The notes beneath the pieces were generated by a model. The model made no database searches. It had not been told where the DNA came from and saw nothing but the letters and a program-made list of their open reading frames with translations. Positions 61,399-64,000 of a stretch of DNA of 64,000 bases are shown piece by piece. The position numbers were made by a program, and so were the translations under genes. The DNA is from Spirochaetia bacterium. Its GTDB lineage: Bacteria; Spirochaetota; Spirochaetia; CAKZLE01. Each line of letters opens with the position of its first letter. Positions within the stretch are counted from its first letter, which is position 1. The stretch is from NCBI GenBank assembly GCA_963677595.1, contig OY782041.1, forward strand, positions 64,001 to 128,000, read 5' to 3'.

Positions 61399-62691
61399 AT
61401 GTTCATACGGCGTGATTCATATCTCGAACAACTGAAAGGGAGAAGGTTCAACGGACAGGTAAAAGTCATAACCGGTATCAGACGGAGCGGGAAGAGTTTC
61501 CTGCTCTTTACCATCTATCGGGATTTCCTGCTTGCTGATGGGGTACAAGAAGAGCATATCATCTCAGCTGCCCTTGATGACAGTGAGATGGAGGAACTCT
61601 GCGATCCTGAACAGCTGTCGACCTTTCTTCGGTCACGTATCATAGACCCGCATCAGAGATACTACATCTTTCTTGATGAAGTACAGTACGCGATCTCCCG
61701 GGAAGAGATGAAGGATCCAGATAGACCGATTCGGTTGTACGGTATCCTGAACGGACTCCTGCGTCTCGGCAATGTCGATATCTACGTCACTGGGAGCAAC
61801 TCCAAGTTCCTTTCCAAGGATGTGATGACCGGTTTCCGGGGAAGAGGAGACGTCATTCACGTCTTCCCGCTCTCCTTCAGGGAGTTCTATGATCACGTAG
61901 GAGGCGAGAAGGCAGAGGCCTATGAGCAGTATGCGATGTACGGCGGCATGCCGTTCGTCCTCTCGCAGCTTTCTGATGAGGAAAAAACCCGGTACCTTGC
62001 GAACCTGTTCACCGAAGTCTATCTCCGGGACATCGTAGAACGCCACAAGATCGAACTCGGGCACATACTGGACCAGTTGACTGACCTGCTCTGCTCCTCA
62101 ATTGGGTCCCTGACCAATGCCACCAGGATATCGAACACCCTGGCAAGTGCAGGAGGGAGGAAGGTCACGCCTGAGACAATCGCTTCGTATATTGGTTTCC
62201 TGACCGACTCATTCCTCTTCGCTGAATCCAAACGGTTTGATGTCAAAGGCCGACGATACTTCCAATACCCCTATAAGTATTACTGCAGCGACATAGGCTT
62301 ACGGAATGCACGGCTTCATTTCAGGCAGCAGGAAGAGAGCCATATCATGGAGAACATCATCTATAACGAACTCATCCTGCGGGGGTACCAGGTCGATGTC
62401 GGGGTCGTCGAGATCACCGAGAAAGACTCGGAAGGGATCCGCCGGCAGAAGCAGCTCGAGATCGACTTCGTCGCCAATAAGGGTTCTACGCGATTCTACA
62501 TCCAGTCTGCCCTCTCCATGGACACGGAGGCAAAGACCAGACAGGAATTGAGATCCCTCGAGAAGATCAACGATGCATTCAGGAAGGTCGTCATAACGAA
62601 GACCTATGCAAAGCCCTGGACTGATGATATGGGGACCTTCCATATAGGGCTGTATCAGTTCCTCCTTGAAGAGGACCTGCTCGCTCCCTGA
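61399..62691 (+). CDS. AAA_14 ATPase with DUF4143 domain
   Basis: ITGIRRSGKS, FLDEVQ, VTGSNSKFLS, KYYCSDIGLRNA, LEIDFVA...YIQ. Confidence 0.92.
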   Translation: MFIRRDSYLEQLKGRRFNGQVKVITGIRRSGKSFLLFTIYRDFLLADGVQEEHIISAALDDSEMEELCDPEQLSTFLRSRIIDPHQRYYIFLDEVQYAISREEMKDPDRPIRLYGILNGLLRLGNVDIYVTGSNSKFLSKDVMTGFRGRGDVIHVFPLSFREFYDHVGGEKAEAYEQYAMYGGMPFVLSQLSDEEKTRYLANLFTEVYLRDIVERHKIELGHILDQLTDLLCSSIGSLTNATRISNTLASAGGRKVTPETIASYIGFLTDSFLFAESKRFDVKGRRYFQYPYKYYCSDIGLRNARLHFRQQEESHIMENIIYNELILRGYQVDVGVVEITEKDSEGIRRQKQLEIDFVANKGSTRFYIQSALSMDTEAKTRQELRSLEKINDAFRKVVITKTYAKPWTDDMGTFHIGLYQFLLEEDLLAP

Positions 62692-62730
62692 TGACTTACT
62701 CCGGGTCCGTCAAACCTTCGCCAGTTCTCA

Positions 62731-62774
62731 TTGCGCATTTAGTTAAATACCATTATACTAGTAGTAGATTGGTA
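62731..62774 (+). promoter_or_regulatory. Promoter and operator of the HTH-hipA operon
   Basis: TTGCGC-17-TATACT. Imperfect palindrome TACCATTATACTA-G-TAGTAGATTGGTA (62748-62774) covers the -10. Confidence 0.6.
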
Positions 62775-62798
62775 ATATTGGAGGTAACTACTCTTATC

Positions 62799-63104
62799 AT
62801 GTTATTTATATCACCAGAAAGAGCAAAAGAGATCCTTTCAGGGAACATAAAAGAGCAGAGACTCCAGCAGGACCTGACCCAGAAGGGGCTCTCAGAACGG
62901 TCGGGGGTTCCCCTGCCAACCCTTCGACGATTCGAACAACATGGGGATATATCCCTGGAAGCATTGGTCAAGCTCCTTATCGTGCTCGGCTCCCTGGAGA
63001 AGGTGATCAAGGCCACTGAGATCGAACAGCAGCCATTCACCTCGATTGACGAGGTGCTTGTCTCAGGGGCTAAAGCTAAGAGGAAACGGGGAAGGAAGTC
63101 ATGA
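62799..63104 (+). CDS. XRE/HipB-like HTH antitoxin
   Basis: LTQKGLSERSGVPLPTLRRFEQ. ATGA overlap with hipA. Confidence 0.85.
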   Translation: MLFISPERAKEILSGNIKEQRLQQDLTQKGLSERSGVPLPTLRRFEQHGDISLEALVKLLIVLGSLEKVIKATEIEQQPFTSIDEVLVSGAKAKRKRGRKS

Positions 63105-64000
63105 GTATCCCAGATCCGGTGAATGTGCTGGAAGTGAAGCTCTGTTTCAGGGAAGACCCCTTTCCTGTCGGCCGCCTGGCACTGAGGGATCACCGAATAT
63201 ATTTTGAGTACTACCCCTCCTTTCTCGGGAAGGGACTTAACATCTCACCCTTCATGCTCCCGCTCAGGGAGGGGATCCATACCTTCGAAAGCTCTCCTTT
63301 CGAGGGACTGCCCGGCCTCTTCAATGACAGCCTGCCGGATGGCTGGGGAAGGCTGCTCTTTGACCGCTATATCATGTCGAAGGGGCTCTCCCCGAGGGAG
63401 GTCTCCCCACTGGACCGGCTCGCCCATGTTGGTACCCGCGGCCTTGGGGCATTGACCTATGATCCTGAGGTAGAGCGGTCTGAGGAGTATGACGGCCTCG
63501 ACCTCGATCATCTCGCCTCACAGGTCACGGAGGTCCTGCAGGGGGATGCTCCGGAGGTGATCGAGGAGCTGCTGGCCTTGAACGGTTCGTCAGCCGGTGC
63601 CCGCCCAAAAGCCATGATCGACGTCTCTGATACGTTGGGAAAGATCAGGTATGGCGGGACCCAGACGGAACAAGGATTCTCCCCATGGATCGTGAAATTC
63701 CCGAATACCCAGGACGGGACAGATGCAGGGGCAGTCGAGTATATCTATGCCCTGATGGCAAAGGATGCCGGGGTGATCACGCCGCAGGTGCATCTGTTCC
63801 GGGCTGAAGAGGGTCCCGGCTATTTCGCGGTCAGGCGATCTGACCGGGATGGGAACAGACGCCTCCATATGCATTCCGTCAGCGGACTCATGCATGCCGA
63901 CCATCGCCTCCCGGCTCTTGATTATGAAGAGATCTTGAGTCTCACCTTCATGCTCACCCGCGATATCAGGGAGGTGGAGAAGATGTATCGATTAGCAGTC
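63101..64000 (+). CDS. hipA: HipA-family kinase toxin, partial (runs off right edge)
   Basis: Manual translation: GLPGLFNDSLPDGWG, GTRGLGAL, GSSAGARPKA, WIVKF, EYIYALMAKDAG, RLHMHS. Confidence 0.9.
   Translation, partial: MSIPDPVNVLEVKLCFREDPFPVGRLALRDHRIYFEYYPSFLGKGLNISPFMLPLREGIHTFESSPFEGLPGLFNDSLPDGWGRLLFDRYIMSKGLSPREVSPLDRLAHVGTRGLGALTYDPEVERSEEYDGLDLDHLASQVTEVLQGDAPEVIEELLALNGSSAGARPKAMIDVSDTLGKIRYGGTQTEQGFSPWIVKFPNTQDGTDAGAVEYIYALMAKDAGVITPQVHLFRAEEGPGYFAVRRSDRDGNRRLHMHSVSGLMHADHRLPALDYEEILSLTFMLTRDIREVEKMYRLAV

Overview
Chromosomal window from a GC-rich anaerobic bacterium. The FadD, long-form GlyA, ValS, Lon and Bor-type lipoprotein have a Spirochaetota-like flavour (inference only). 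It holds about 50 CDS and no recognisable rRNA, tRNA, CRISPR array, transposase or integrase. Main blocks: (1) sugar ABC permeases with a membrane-anchored AraC regulator (1-3.9 kb). (2) Housekeeping and metabolic genes (2-hydroxyacid dehydrogenase, fadD, glyA, valS, arcC, yhhQ, a lone Mo-bisPGD enzyme, lon, U32). (3) A NYN/Fic/AAA-DUF4143 islet followed by a visibly AT-richer, LacI-controlled hexuronate island (ABC transporter, Aec37-like GH31, CE15-like esterase, uxuB-uxuA-uxaC; 11.9-23.5 kb). (4) An AT-rich islet with a tiny Hc1-like nucleoid protein. (5) An unusual GlpA-like flavoprotein + SdhB-like Fe-S pair. (6) ABC-F, tandem USP paralogues, a GGDEF remnant and a uracil permease. (7) An OmpR-type two-component system divergent from a MacAB-TolC-like exporter with two permeases. 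(8) A defence/TA islet at the right end (RloA-like ATPase + truncated RloB, AAA-DUF4143, HTH-HipA). Signals not in the ORF track: a 31-codon leader ORF running through an intrinsic terminator ahead of the uracil permease (candidate pyrL-like attenuator); paired 26-bp inverted-repeat sites in front of both DUF4143 ATPase genes; several genes whose ATG sits at the predicted +1 (leaderless); and an in-frame TGA at an apparent Trp position in a PNPOx-like gene. All calls are by motif recognition without database searches.
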